Shown here: in pieces, positions 1 through 9,246 of the stretch | How the letters are laid out: each line of letters opens with the position of its first letter | Position numbering within the stretch: the stretch's first letter is position 1 | IMG/VR virus record: IMGVR_UViG_3300046713_000279 | DNA from: an uncultured virus (IMG/VR IMGVR_UViG_3300046713_000279) | Taxonomy: Duplodnaviria; Heunggongvirae; Uroviricota; Caudoviricetes | Reading direction: 5' to 3' (one strand) | DNA: 20,000 bases | Notes under the pieces: generated by a model | Seen by the model: the letters and a program-made list of their open reading frames with translations, nothing else | Database searches by the model: none | What the model was told of the DNA's origin: nothing | Position numbers and translations under genes: made by a program

Positions 1-36
1 GAGGACGGCGCGCAGGAACGCCCAGTAGCTTCTCAC
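1..36 (-). CDS. 5' end of a hypothetical protein running off the window (VRSYWAFLRAVL...)
   Basis: GTG overlaps the TGA of the upstream gene (GTGA), the coupling pattern used throughout this arm; only 12 codons visible. Confidence 0.35.
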   Translation of the reverse strand, partial: MRSYWAFLRAVL

Positions 37-266
37 CTGATCCCCAACTTCTGCCGCGCGGTGGTCTGGTTCATGCCCCCAATGCGATTCCGCTCGGCGG
101 GGGTCAGGCGCTTGTAGGTAGGGTAGGTCACCAGACCCATTGTGGCCTTTTCGAGCGTGGCGACGCCCTCCCATGCCACCTGACCGAGCTCGGCCTGGGC
201 GACCAGCGCGGTGACCTCGTCCGGTATGACCAGTTCCCACGCCAAGGCGATCGTGTCCACGGTCAC
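33..266 (-). CDS. hypothetical protein, ~77 aa (start 266 or 260)
   Basis: AAGGAG upstream, GTGA overlap with 263-631; C-terminal part of ORF 33..386. Confidence 0.65.
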   Translation of the reverse strand: MTVDTIALAWELVIPDEVTALVAQAELGQVAWEGVATLEKATMGLVTYPTYKRLTPAERNRIGGMNQTTARQKLGIR

Positions 267-631
267 CGCTCCTTGATGGGGAGCCAGGCGGCGATCTGCC
301 TGTCGATCGGCACAGATGGGTCGGACAGGTTGACGATCCAGATCCAATTGCTGCGACGCGCCAACGACGCTGAACCCGTGACGCACTCCTGTCCCGCCGC
401 GATCGAGTCGGCAATCAGATCGGTCGGAGCGCCCGCCATGAACCCGGCCAGGACGAAGAACCTGGATTCGGCGGGGTGCCGGAGCGTCAGGTCGAAGTCC
501 TGGGTGAGTTGGCGGCCGACCTGGACCGGGATCCCGACCATGGTGGCCGAGTCGACCAGCGTTGTCTCGTCATCGACAACGATCGTCTCGTCATCGTGGA
601 TGACTGGGATCATGACATTGCGTGTGCGCAT
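263..631 (-). CDS. hypothetical protein, 122 aa
   Basis: GAGG RBS before ATG, globular-protein composition, coupled to next gene. Confidence 0.75.
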   Translation of the reverse strand: MRTRNVMIPVIHDDETIVVDDETTLVDSATMVGIPVQVGRQLTQDFDLTLRHPAESRFFVLAGFMAGAPTDLIADSIAAGQECVTGSASLARRSNWIWIVNLSDPSVPIDRQIAAWLPIKER

Positions 632-700
632 ACAACAACCTCGGTGGAAAATGTAGAACAGGACGCACGCAGGAAAGGTGGAGCGAAGTGAGGCGGCCTA

Positions 701-1120
701 TCAGCCACTGCGTGGCACGCGGACTACCATCGCGCCGTGGAACCACGCCCAGGGCGCACGGCGGTTGATATACGCGGTCGCATGCTTCTCCTGCTGGAAT
801 CGCATTGCCTCACCCATCGCCCCCCCATGTGAGGAACGTGGTCCGCGGAACAGCGATCCGTTGCGGAACTCGATGACGAATGATGGCCGAGGGGCGTTGA
901 TGGCGGTCACCTTGCGCACTTCGGCCAGAGCCTGACGCATGGCGGCCTTCTTCGTGCGCTTGTACCCACAAGGGCCATGCGCACACGCGTACCACCAGCC
1001 GATTCGGCGATTATGGAACAGCACGGATGCGAGCATTTGACCAGTCCCGTCGCCGAGGGTGCCGACGAGGTAGTGATGGCGCCCAGTCCTTCCCCACTTG
1101 CGAGAAGAAAAGATCGTCAC
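701..1120 (-). CDS. basic, Trp-rich hypothetical protein, 139 aa
   Basis: GTG at 1120 overlaps stop of 1117-1812; the upstream part of ORF 701..1558 is a shadow of that gene. Confidence 0.7.
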   Translation of the reverse strand: MTIFSSRKWGRTGRHHYLVGTLGDGTGQMLASVLFHNRRIGWWYACAHGPCGYKRTKKAAMRQALAEVRKVTAINAPRPSFVIEFRNGSLFRGPRSSHGGAMGEAMRFQQEKHATAYINRRAPWAWFHGAMVVRVPRSG

Positions 1121-1812
1121 AGCACGTACTCCCTGCTCAGACGCCGTCCCGCCCACAGGACGGTCACCAGGGCAGACCGCTCGTAGGTCATCCCTCCGCA
1201 CTTCTTGCAGGTCCCCCGGTGCTCCCGTGCCTCGAAGGACACCGCCTCCGCACTGGCGCCCTTCATCCACGGGTGCCCCTGGACCTCGGCGGCGATCTCG
1301 TGGATGCGACAGAGGGTGCGGTACTCCGCTTGCGTGAGGCAGGGGCCCGGCAGGGTCTCCCATGTCACCAGGGCGGACGCGTCCTTGGGGATCTTGGGGA
1401 CGGGCTGCAAGCACGTCCAGACGCCGCGGGTGTCGGTGGGGTGCGGGATGTCCGCGAACACCATCGGCCGGCGCTTCTCGAGCATCCCGAACGGCCGGAA
1501 CAACTCGGCCCGAGCGATGCCTAGGAGCTCCTCCTCCGGCAGGACGCACTCCGTCCACCGCGTGCGCTGGTCGAACGTGCCGCAGGACCTGACCGTCTCA
1601 TGCTCCTGCCAAGCGTGGCGGTTGCCGAGTTCCTCGAGCTCGAGGTCAGACAGTCGGGTGACGTTGACGGTGTGCAGGTGCTCGGGGCGGACCCCGGGCC
1701 GGCGCAGCGCGGCGCTCCTGGCCTGCTGCTCGGCGGAGTCCATGTCGGCGGCGTCGATAGGCAGGCGAAGCCGGAGCGTGATGTCAGCGTGGTAGCGGTT
1801 GACGATGGTCAT
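1117..1812 (-). CDS. hypothetical protein, 231 aa, with CKKC motif
   Basis: GGAG-N5-ATG at 1812, GC3-rich codons. Confidence 0.8.
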   Translation of the reverse strand: MTIVNRYHADITLRLRLPIDAADMDSAEQQARSAALRRPGVRPEHLHTVNVTRLSDLELEELGNRHAWQEHETVRSCGTFDQRTRWTECVLPEEELLGIARAELFRPFGMLEKRRPMVFADIPHPTDTRGVWTCLQPVPKIPKDASALVTWETLPGPCLTQAEYRTLCRIHEIAAEVQGHPWMKGASAEAVSFEAREHRGTCKKCGGMTYERSALVTVLWAGRRLSREYVL

Positions 1813-1889
1813 GTGGTCTCCATGCATGGCTCCAGCGGTCCCGCACGGGCACGTGCACCGCACGTGCCCATAGAGGACGCTCCAGCGAA

Positions 1890-2189
1890 TCAGAGCGACT
1901 TGACTCCCCCGACCGCGACGCGGATGTCGAACGTGGCCCACGCCTCCTTGCCGGTCCACTTCGCGGTGGCCGGACCGCCGGTGCTCGTGAACCCGCCCTT
2001 GCCTAAGGCGGCGACGATGGAGAGGGCGAGATCGCCCGCCCGCACGAGGTCGTCCGCCTCGATCGGGAAGGTGTGCCAATCGCCCGCCTCCTGGTCGCCC
2101 TTGTAGGTGCTCGAGATGCGCTCGGGGGAGCGGGATTGGAGTTGTGACTCGATGATCGTCCGTGCCATCTGAACTCGGTCGCTTGCCAT
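1890..2189 (-). CDS. hypothetical protein, 99 aa
   Basis: GGAG-N6-ATG at 2189 (MASDRVQ...), GC3-rich codons. Confidence 0.8.
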   Translation of the reverse strand: MASDRVQMARTIIESQLQSRSPERISSTYKGDQEAGDWHTFPIEADDLVRAGDLALSIVAALGKGGFTSTGGPATAKWTGKEAWATFDIRVAVGGVKSL

Positions 2190-2272
2190 GGTGATCTCCG
2201 TTCTGGTTCTGGTGAAAGCCTGAAGCGGTCCCGCGGAGGCGCGTGTGCAGGCCACGTGCCGCCAGGGGATGC

Positions 2273-2417
2273 TCAGGCTGCTGCGATGCCGCGCCGCCGG
2301 TGGTAGGTCTGGAACCGAGCGGCGCGCTTGGCCATCGCCTCGCCGTGGTAGGTGTTGAACATCGTCGGTGCCCGTGCGGTGGCACGTGAGGCACTTCCAT
2401 GTCGGGTAGGTACTCAT
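2273..2417 (-). pseudogene. possible small CxxC gene with a 1-nt frameshift (MSTYPTWKCLTCHRTGT / TMFNTYHGEAMAKRAARFQTYHRRRGIAAA)
   Basis: ATGA-coupled start at 2417; protein-like sequence continues in a shifted frame to TGA at 2273. Alternative: N-terminal extension of 1890-2189. Confidence 0.35.
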
Positions 2418-2599
2418 GGGGCACTCCAGGCAACGTCAATGAACGCGACGGATGTCGAATCCTGACCTTCGAGCCATACGTGAGCCTGATGAAACGCCCA
2501 CGTCGGATCCGCTGGTGTGCCAGCGTGACCCTTGCGCTCCTCCCATCTGCGCAGCGGGCGCACTGGCATCCCGTAGCGGTTATGGGGGTAGCGCGGCAT
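2414..2599 (-). CDS. hypothetical protein, 61 aa
   Basis: TGATG overlap with upstream gene, ATGA overlap downstream. Confidence 0.6.
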   Translation of the reverse strand: MPRYPHNRYGMPVRPLRRWEERKGHAGTPADPTWAFHQAHVWLEGQDSTSVAFIDVAWSAP

Positions 2600-2985
2600 C
2601 ACAGCCACCTGTGCTTGAGGGCGTAGCCGCCATCGCGATCCGCCGTCCCATTACGGATTCCGTGCGGCTTGGGGGTGCCCTGGGGCCAGAGCGTGTGGCC
2701 GAGGCTGTAGACGAGATGAAAGCCCATATCCATGCCGCCGCCGCCAGCGATCAGTCCTCCATGTTTGTTGTCGATCCGGTAGTTGAGCGCGTCGCGCGCC
2801 CAGCCATCGATCTTGACGATCTCACCCTTGCGGGCGATGCAGAGCGAGATCGAGCGGGACATTCCGGATCTGGCGCAGTGCGTTAGCACCGTGTACACGG
2901 TATCGCCCGGCCGCAGCATCTTCTTGAGGTAGCGGATCGCCTCGGTCCGCTCCGCTTCCCGTGCCTTCGTACGCTTGGTACCCAT
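2599..2985 (-). CDS. phage-type conserved hypothetical protein (SGMSRSI ... GMDMGFHLVY motifs), 128 aa
   Basis: AAGGAG-N7-ATG; motifs recalled from a family of uncharacterised phage proteins (from memory, not searched). Confidence 0.85.
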   Translation of the reverse strand: MGTKRTKAREAERTEAIRYLKKMLRPGDTVYTVLTHCARSGMSRSISLCIARKGEIVKIDGWARDALNYRIDNKHGGLIAGGGGMDMGFHLVYSLGHTLWPQGTPKPHGIRNGTADRDGGYALKHRWL

Positions 2986-3074
2986 GGTCTATCTCCTTCG
3001 GCCCCCAAGGGGCTCGTGGTTGGCTCTGTATCGCCGCACCGATGCAGGATCGGTGCGAGCTGGACAGCGGCAAG

Positions 3075-3365
3075 CTACAGCTTGCGGATCTCTTCCGGGG
3101 TCTGCCCGATGCACGCGGCGTGCTTGCGCTCGCTGTGGGTGATTCCAAGCCAGCAACACGAACACCGCGAGTCGTACCCGGGCCCCTCACCGTAGGTGGC
3201 CATGTTGCGACGCGTCGAATAGTCGGCGTGGCTCTCGACCATGGTGCGCTCGGCGAGTGCCCGCGAGCCGTCCTTCGGCTGGTAGGTCTCCAGGCGCCAG
3301 GGGCCCTCGAAACCAGCCACGGTGGAGCGACCGTACTTGTAGGTGAGTGTGATAAGGCGGTTCAA
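3075..3365 (-). CDS. hypothetical protein with CSCC..H..H motif, 96 aa
   Basis: TTGA overlap with upstream gene; possible metal-binding C-terminus. Confidence 0.7.
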   Translation of the reverse strand: MNRLITLTYKYGRSTVAGFEGPWRLETYQPKDGSRALAERTMVESHADYSTRRNMATYGEGPGYDSRCSCCWLGITHSERKHAACIGQTPEEIRKL

Positions 3366-3694
3366 GGCGTCCGCCCGAGCTCACCCACCGAAGGAACGCA
3401 CGCCACCTCTGGCAGGAACCACTCGTAACGCCCCACGTCCACTCGAACGATCTTGCCCTGGGAATCGCGGCGCGACTCGCGACGACGGATGGCCACGTGC
3501 GCCGTGCGAGCCTGCTCACGCTCCCACGTGTAGCGCGTCGCCTCCACCGTCTTCACCGGGAGGAGTTCACGGGCGCGCTCACGCGCGGTGTCGAGGTCGG
3601 CGCCGAGGTTGTACTCGGTCGGCTGTCGGTTGTGAGAGTGAGGCCACTCATAGGCCCAAATTGTGGCGATGTAGGTGTGCTTGCGCTTGCGCAT
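3362..3694 (-). CDS. hypothetical protein, 110 aa
   Basis: GGAG RBS before ATG, 3 nt after the upstream stop. Confidence 0.75.
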   Translation of the reverse strand: MRKRKHTYIATIWAYEWPHSHNRQPTEYNLGADLDTARERARELLPVKTVEATRYTWEREQARTAHVAIRRRESRRDSQGKIVRVDVGRYEWFLPEVACVPSVGELGRTP

Positions 3695-3697
3695 GGG

Positions 3698-4027
3698 TTA
3701 CTCCGTGAGATACGGGACACTGCCCGCGCGCGCGGCGAACCACTGCACGAGTTGGTCCGCCGTGCGATCGCCAGGAACCGGATCGGGCCATGCGAGAGTC
3801 CAGCCGAGATCGGGAACCTCGCCCTCCGCGAACGCTTCGATCTGTAGCGGGCGGTAGTACACGTGCAGCGTGGAGAAATCGCCACGCATCAGGCGTGCAT
3901 GCGCGGCGCGCGCGGCGCGATCTACATCGTTAATGTGGAATTGCGCGTGGAATTGCGCGTAACTGCGAGTTGGCATGTCGTACCTCCAAGAGGTGTCAAG
4001 GTGGATCAAGTCGCGGTGTCTGGCCAT
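3698..4027 (-). CDS. hypothetical protein, 109 aa (alternative start 3976 after GGAGG)
   Basis: ORF tiles the operon; protein-like composition. Confidence 0.7.
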   Translation of the reverse strand: MARHRDLIHLDTSWRYDMPTRSYAQFHAQFHINDVDRAARAAHARLMRGDFSTLHVYYRPLQIEAFAEGEVPDLGWTLAWPDPVPGDRTADQLVQWFAARAGSVPYLTE

Positions 4028-4069
4028 CCTGCCAGTGGAATGCCTGACAGGATCGACGGGCGTCGCGCC

Positions 4070-4420
4070 TCAGAGCAGGTGCAGACCGCATGCCCAGTAC
4101 GCCAGCGCCACGACAAGCGCCATGAGCGCAACGCTTGCCAGTGCCCAACCTCGCTCCGGTCGGGGTCGCATGTCGATGTCGGCGGTAACCCGGGTCGGCA
4201 CACCCTGCCGCCTGGCGCGGCGCGCCATGAGGATGCAGGAAGGCCTGAGCGGGGTAGCGTGGCGACGGGTCAGAAACAGGCGCTGGAGTCGGTGGCCGGC
4301 GAATCCGTGCGCCGTGTAGCGCGCGAGGCGACGCGCCAGAAGGCGCACGTGTACGCCGGTACCGACACCGCTTGCGACCACGATTACCCCGCCCGAACCG
4401 GATGCGATGAGCGCTTGCAT
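4070..4420 (-). CDS. hypothetical membrane protein, C-terminal TM helix, 116 aa
   Basis: TAATG overlap with upstream gene; hydrophobic WALASVALMALVVALAYW. Confidence 0.55.
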   Translation of the reverse strand: MQALIASGSGGVIVVASGVGTGVHVRLLARRLARYTAHGFAGHRLQRLFLTRRHATPLRPSCILMARRARRQGVPTRVTADIDMRPRPERGWALASVALMALVVALAYWACGLHLL

Positions 4421-4782
4421 TAGTAGATCCTACACCGCACGGCACCCGGCATGCCCATCTCGACCACGTGCGTTATCGGTCCGCGGACCCACCGTGCCTG
4501 CTGCTCGTCATGCTCTCGCTGGCACTGCCGCGACAGTGCCAGGAAGGTCGCGCCGCACATCTCGCACGCACAGCACGCCTCGATACGGTCGATGTGCCAC
4601 TGATCGCAGTACTCCGCCTGCGAGCAGTACAGATCTCCGTAGATGCGTTGCCTGTGAGCGTCGTCGATCAGCGGATTCTTGTCGTTGCACCGGACGCAAC
4701 GAGCGCGCGTACCGTATCCCGTGTGACCGTAGAACCCGACCGTAGCGTCCCTTGCGCTCGGGATGTACGCCTCGGTACTCAC
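4420..4782 (-). CDS. Cys-rich putative Zn-binding protein, 120 aa
   Basis: GTGA overlap at 4779-4782; CVRC and CCACEMC motifs. Confidence 0.7.
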   Translation of the reverse strand: MSTEAYIPSARDATVGFYGHTGYGTRARCVRCNDKNPLIDDAHRQRIYGDLYCSQAEYCDQWHIDRIEACCACEMCGATFLALSRQCQREHDEQQARWVRGPITHVVEMGMPGAVRCRIY

Positions 4783-5069
4783 TGGAGGGTCCCATCGCTG
4801 GTGATGTAGGTACCCGAACCCTGGAGATCCGCGCGCATGCTGCACATCCCGTCGCCATGGCCAGCGAGATACCCGGACAGCCACATGCTGGCCATGAGCG
4901 CTGACTTGGCCGGTACGTGGACATGCCACCACGTGGTGGGGCCGCTGTCCACGCGGAGGTTTTCGACCGTAGCGGCGATCTCTCCCTTCGTGGTGAGCAG
5001 GTGGGCGATTCGGCGCGCTTGCTCCTCGCCGAACGTGCCCAGGGAGACATTGACAGGCTTGCGTGCCAT
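4779..5069 (-). CDS. hypothetical protein, 96 aa
   Basis: GAGGAG RBS before ATG 5069. Confidence 0.75.
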   Translation of the reverse strand: MARKPVNVSLGTFGEEQARRIAHLLTTKGEIAATVENLRVDSGPTTWWHVHVPAKSALMASMWLSGYLAGHGDGMCSMRADLQGSGTYITSDGTLQ

Positions 5070-5071
5070 GG

Positions 5072-5509
5072 CTATCGCGCTCCTCGGTAGGGTTGGAGGT
5101 CGGACTCGTCGATCTGGACGCCCGCAACGGTCGTATCCAGCGCAGCGCACTCCAGATCCATCTTCCCATCGTACACGGCGAGCACCGTGTACACCCTCCC
5201 GGTCTCGAAGCACTCCCCCGGGGCCGTGGCGATGAGTTTGTCGCCCACCGTGACCGCCGCCTCCGCGACGCGGTGGAGGCTGCTATCCCACCGTACGCCG
5301 AATGGGTACAGCACGGGATGCTTGTCATCGCCGAACGTGCAGCACGCCACGTGGACGGACACCGCGTCCGGGTCGGGGCTGTCAGTGGGAAACGCCAGCG
5401 TGTTAGCCCACGCTCTCGCGTCATTTCGGGCCAGGACGATCCCCCGGTGCCCATCGCGGTAGTCGCAACGGACCGGAGTACCCGGCGCCAGTGTGTCAGT
5501 GTGCCCCAT
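5072..5509 (-). CDS. hypothetical protein, 145 aa, first gene of the leftward operon (possibly small beta-barrel domains)
   Basis: ATG 6 nt downstream of a -10 box, no SD (leaderless pattern). Confidence 0.75.
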   Translation of the reverse strand: MGHTDTLAPGTPVRCDYRDGHRGIVLARNDARAWANTLAFPTDSPDPDAVSVHVACCTFGDDKHPVLYPFGVRWDSSLHRVAEAAVTVGDKLIATAPGECFETGRVYTVLAVYDGKMDLECAALDTTVAGVQIDESDLQPYRGAR

Positions 5510-5544
5510 GGGCCTAGCCTATCTACCCGCCAAGCGGGTGTCAG
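5510..5544 (-). promoter_or_regulatory. sigma70-type promoter CTGACA-N17-TAGGCT with palindrome ACCCGC-N3-GCGGGT in the spacer
   Basis: -35 at 5539-5544, -10 at 5516-5521, palindrome 5525-5539. Confidence 0.65.
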
Positions 5545-5610
5545 GGTCCCGGCGGGAATCGCCGGGTCGGAAAGAGGTAGTGCAGGGGCCTTGCCAGTGG
5601 AAAGTCCGGC

Positions 5611-5771
5611 CCACTCCGGATGCCTTGCCTGAGCTTAGGCCTCCGGAGTGGTGGAAAGTGGGGGAAAACCTACCAGCTGGGGTGTCGGATCTGGTCGATT
5701 TCTGACACTCCGGAGTGGCTTCTGACGGGCAGTTGGGGCACCTCACGCTCCGGCTTTGGCCTCCGGAGTGG
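5611..5771. repeat. cluster of CTCCGGAGTGG motifs in the divergent intergenic region
   Basis: copies at 5641, 5708 and 5761, inverted partial copy at 5611; CACTCCGGAGTG (5706-5717) is a perfect palindrome. Confidence 0.75.
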
Positions 5772-5892
5772 GGTCTGGACGCCCCGTTTCCTGGCCCATG
5801 GGCTACAGACCCCAGATCGACATGCGCGGAAAGCCCGCCGAAACCCCACCCCGAGTCCACTAGAACCCCACGGGAACGCGCATGATGCCCGA

Positions 5893-6705
5893 ATGAAGAC
5901 CCAAGACCCTCACTCCGAGCTCCAGGACGGGTTCGAGGTGGCTCCCCTGCCGCCCATCGGGCCCGATGGAGCGCCCCAGATCCCACCCCAGCGCACCGAT
6001 CCTCCCGCCAGACCCTCCCTGTGCCAGGCCGGACCCTGCCAGCGCTACCACAGGCTCGTGGTCCAGGTGGATGCGGCGAACCCTGGCGCGGTTCGGGTGC
6101 CCATCGCGCTTCCGGAGGGGACCCCAGGGGCGGAACTGACCGCGGACGGGACGGTCTACCGCGCGCCAGCTGCGTTCCACGTCCAGACGCACCACTACTG
6201 CTACCCGGACACGGGGATCGAGATGCCCCTGGGTGCGCTCCCGGTGGTGGAGTGCAACCGGTGGGACCCCGACATCGATGTCGACGGCTTCTGGCCGGAG
6301 GATGGCATCCGGCCCGCCTCGCGCCGGAATGCCTTCCTGGCTTCACCCGCGGGTTTGACCTATCGCGACGCGGTCGCCTGCTGGGAAGAGGCGCGCGCCG
6401 CCGAGCAGACCGAGGCAGCGGAGGCCGAGCGGCTGATCGCCCGGTCTATGGACGAGACCCCGACCATCGCCTGCCAGGTGTGCGGCAAGAGGTTCGAGGA
6501 GCACGAGGTCGACGTCCAGATGCGCTGCCGATCGTGCGTCGGAGCCAGCCTGCAGCCTCGAGCCAACTTGCGCTACACGTCGCCGCACAAGTTCGCTCCA
6601 GGCAAGTTCAAGCGTGGTGACCGGGGCGGACAGCAGCCCGAGGAAACGTGCGACGTTTGCGGCTACGACCCCAGGAACGTTATCCACCACACGGAGACCC
6701 CATGA
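5893..6705 (+). CDS. multi-Zn-finger-like protein, 270 aa
   Basis: ATG 5893; CQVC..CRSC and H..CDVC..H motifs; GC3-rich codons; ATGA coupling to next gene. Confidence 0.8.
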   Translation: MKTQDPHSELQDGFEVAPLPPIGPDGAPQIPPQRTDPPARPSLCQAGPCQRYHRLVVQVDAANPGAVRVPIALPEGTPGAELTADGTVYRAPAAFHVQTHHYCYPDTGIEMPLGALPVVECNRWDPDIDVDGFWPEDGIRPASRRNAFLASPAGLTYRDAVACWEEARAAEQTEAAEAERLIARSMDETPTIACQVCGKRFEEHEVDVQMRCRSCVGASLQPRANLRYTSPHKFAPGKFKRGDRGGQQPEETCDVCGYDPRNVIHHTETP

Positions 6706-7145
6706 GCATCGAGACCCTGAAGGATGACCTGAAGGCCGTCATCAGCGCCCTGCCGAGCGGCCCCCTGACCACGGCCGCCGACATGGCGGGGTACCTGAAG
6801 AACAACCTCCTGCCTCTTATCGAGACCGTCGTGAACGAGATGGAGGAGATGGACGGGTCCATCGAAGATCTTGTCGTCCACGGCCAGGACGTGATCCACG
6901 AGGAGACGGCGGCCGTGTTCATGGGCCTCATCACGAGCGGCATGACGATGGCCAAGGAGCTCGAGGACCTGGCCGCCAAGACCGGGGACAGCAAGCGGCT
7001 CCAGCCGCTCATCAAGGAGTGGCGCGAGCTCGCCGAGCAGGGCGCCGAACTGCTCGAGGACATCACGATCCCGGACCCCGATGCGGATGACCCTGACGAG
7101 ACACCGGCGGTCCAGTCCACCCCGCCGCCGGGAGCCCAGGCGTGA
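6702..7145 (+). CDS. acidic helical protein, 147 aa
   Basis: GGAG RBS, ATGA overlap, strong GC3 bias. Confidence 0.85.
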   Translation: MSIETLKDDLKAVISALPSGPLTTAADMAGYLKNNLLPLIETVVNEMEEMDGSIEDLVVHGQDVIHEETAAVFMGLITSGMTMAKELEDLAAKTGDSKRLQPLIKEWRELAEQGAELLEDITIPDPDADDPDETPAVQSTPPPGAQA

Positions 7146-8854
7146 AGGCCCCTCGAGCGAGCGTCGCGGAGGTCTCCGACACCCCGGAGGAGGATGCCGA
7201 GCTTGCGCCCGAGGGCGAGGGGGTGACGGAGGAGTCGGTTGCCGCCGCTGCGCCCAAGAAGCCAGCGACGCCGCCGGTCCCCAGGCTGACCAAGCCGATG
7301 CAGGAGATCAAGCTCGGCGAGGATCAGGCGCTGAAGGACTACCTGGACATGCTGGGGCCGGACGGCTCCATTCGCGTCCGGATCAACCGAGAGGCACCGA
7401 AGACCGTTCGGGTGAACGGTCGCGACTACCCGACCGCCGGACATCTCGACACGGTAAACGAGTGCATCGACGAGGAGTGGCTCAGGGAGCAGTACGGCGG
7501 CGGCACATACAAGCTGACCATCACCTCCCGGCGCCAGACCGAGGGGGGCTCGTTCAAGTACGCGGGCCACCGGCAGGTCGTCGTCGCAGGTGACCCGAAG
7601 ATCGAGAAGCTCCCCACCAACGCCGTGGCCGCGACGCCGAGCGGCCCTGCGCCGGCCCCGGAATCAGCGGGCATGGTGAAGGAGGTGATGGGACTCCTGA
7701 AGGACGAACTGGGCCACGCTCGCGAGGCCAAGCCGCAGGGCATCGACCCCGCCGTGCAGATGGTCATCGACCAACTCCGCGATGACGCCAAACGGCGCGA
7801 CGCCCAGATGGACAAGCTCCAGCAGCAGCTCGACCAGGCGAGACACCAGAAGCCTCCCGAGGACCCGTTCCGGGAGAAGATGCTCGACAAACTCATCGAC
7901 GGGGACTCGGCGCGAGTCACCGCGCTCCGGGCGCAGCACGAGTCGGAGCTCCGCGCCGCGAAGGATGGACACGTGCAGGAGGTCCGGCTCATCGAGGACC
8001 GGCACGACCGCACCATCAAGCAGATGCAGCAGACCCACGAACTCATGCTCGCGGGCATGAAGGCCAGCTACGAGCGCGAGATCGCCGCCCTCAACGCCTC
8101 GCACCAGGCCACCGCGACCGCGAACACGGCCACCAAGGAGGTCACCGTCGTCACACTCAACGCCGAGATCAAGCGGCTCGAGCGCGACAACGACGAGCTC
8201 CGCAAGGACAACCGCGACCTCCGGGAGAAGAAGGACAAGCCGCTCATCGAGCAGTTGAAGGACATGAAGACGCTCAAGGAGGCGTTCTCGGACGGCGAGG
8301 AGGGCGACGGATCAGCCTCGACCATCAGGGAGATCGCGGGCATGATCCCCTCGGCCATCGAAGGCATCGGAGGCATCATGGCCAGCCGGTCGGCCGCGCA
8401 GCAACAGCCCCAGCAGGTCCAGGCGCGCGCTGCGGCGCAGGCCCAGCAGCAGCGCCCTCGGGTCGTCGCGGCGCCGAACGGCGAGCGGCTCATGCAGGTC
8501 GGCAACAAGCTGGTCCCCGTCAAGCCCAAGCCCAAGGTGGTGACCACGGACGCAGGCGAGACGATCGAGATCCCCAAGATCGAGGAGCCGACGCTCAGGC
8601 TCATCATCTCCCAACTCGAAGCAGCGTTCGGGAGGGACGAGGACCCAAACATCGTGGCCCAGAGTGCCAAGGCCATGATCCCGCCCGACATCCTGGCCTG
8701 GATCCTCCAGCATCACACCGAGCAGGTGAGCGGCGTTGACCTGTTCATGCAGAAGGTGGCAAAGTTACCGGGTTCCTCGCCCCTGGCAACGCAGGGTGGT
8801 CGCAACTGGCTCCGCAGGGTCGGGGCCATCCTCATCGGAGAACGAACGACATGA
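7142..8854 (+). CDS. 570-aa protein: acidic/Pro N-terminus, small domain with YGGGTY, long coiled coil, helical C-terminal domain
   Basis: long ORF with strong GC3 bias, GTGA coupling, E/K/Q/R/L-rich heptad-like centre. Confidence 0.9.
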   Translation: MKAPRASVAEVSDTPEEDAELAPEGEGVTEESVAAAAPKKPATPPVPRLTKPMQEIKLGEDQALKDYLDMLGPDGSIRVRINREAPKTVRVNGRDYPTAGHLDTVNECIDEEWLREQYGGGTYKLTITSRRQTEGGSFKYAGHRQVVVAGDPKIEKLPTNAVAATPSGPAPAPESAGMVKEVMGLLKDELGHAREAKPQGIDPAVQMVIDQLRDDAKRRDAQMDKLQQQLDQARHQKPPEDPFREKMLDKLIDGDSARVTALRAQHESELRAAKDGHVQEVRLIEDRHDRTIKQMQQTHELMLAGMKASYEREIAALNASHQATATANTATKEVTVVTLNAEIKRLERDNDELRKDNRDLREKKDKPLIEQLKDMKTLKEAFSDGEEGDGSASTIREIAGMIPSAIEGIGGIMASRSAAQQQPQQVQARAAAQAQQQRPRVVAAPNGERLMQVGNKLVPVKPKPKVVTTDAGETIEIPKIEEPTLRLIISQLEAAFGRDEDPNIVAQSAKAMIPPDILAWILQHHTEQVSGVDLFMQKVAKLPGSSPLATQGGRNWLRRVGAILIGERTT

Positions 8855-8860
8855 CAGCGG
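8695..8860 (+). repeat. repeat A copy 1 (3' end of the 570-aa gene plus next start codon)
   Basis: 8695-8772 identical to 11612-11689 (78 bp), remainder diverged and ungapped to 11777. Confidence 0.95.
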
Positions 8861-9246
8861 AAATCTTCCTGGCGTCCTTCCTGGGGTGTTGGCTCGCCAT
8901 CATCGTGACCAGCGTACTCCTCAGAACCGTCTATCTGCCGTTGCAGCGCTGGTTGATCCAACGGGAGTTCAAGCGCAGGATCGGGGACTCAGGCGACCTC
9001 GTGTCGGTCGGCGCCGACTACGTGCCGTGCCCGCTCGAGTCCCCCGAAGAGCAGGCGAACTCCCACCGCCAGTTCGAGGCGCAGTCGGAGTTGTGCCTGG
9101 TTGCGCTTGATGTGACGGACGACTTCCAGGACCCACGGCCTACGGTTGACCGGCTGATCGCTGCAGCGCAGGCATTGCGCCGCGCTACGACACCCAGGAT
9201 CCGCAAGCAGATGCGTGCACAACACGCGCCCGACGATCCGGTGTAG
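8851..9246 (+). CDS. N-terminally anchored membrane protein, 131 aa
   Basis: ATGA overlap; TM segment IFLASFLGCWLAIIVTSVLL; C-terminus homologous to 12203-12412. Confidence 0.7.
   Translation: MTAEIFLASFLGCWLAIIVTSVLLRTVYLPLQRWLIQREFKRRIGDSGDLVSVGADYVPCPLESPEEQANSHRQFEAQSELCLVALDVTDDFQDPRPTVDRLIAAAQALRRATTPRIRKQMRAQHAPDDPV

Noticed and set aside
3935..3960. 12-bp tandem repeat GTGGAATTGCGC
   Set aside because: Small in-frame duplication (AQFHAQFH) within a CDS; no wider pattern
7142..8854. 570-aa protein as an SMC or tape-measure protein
   Set aside because: No Walker motifs, and no tail-gene context
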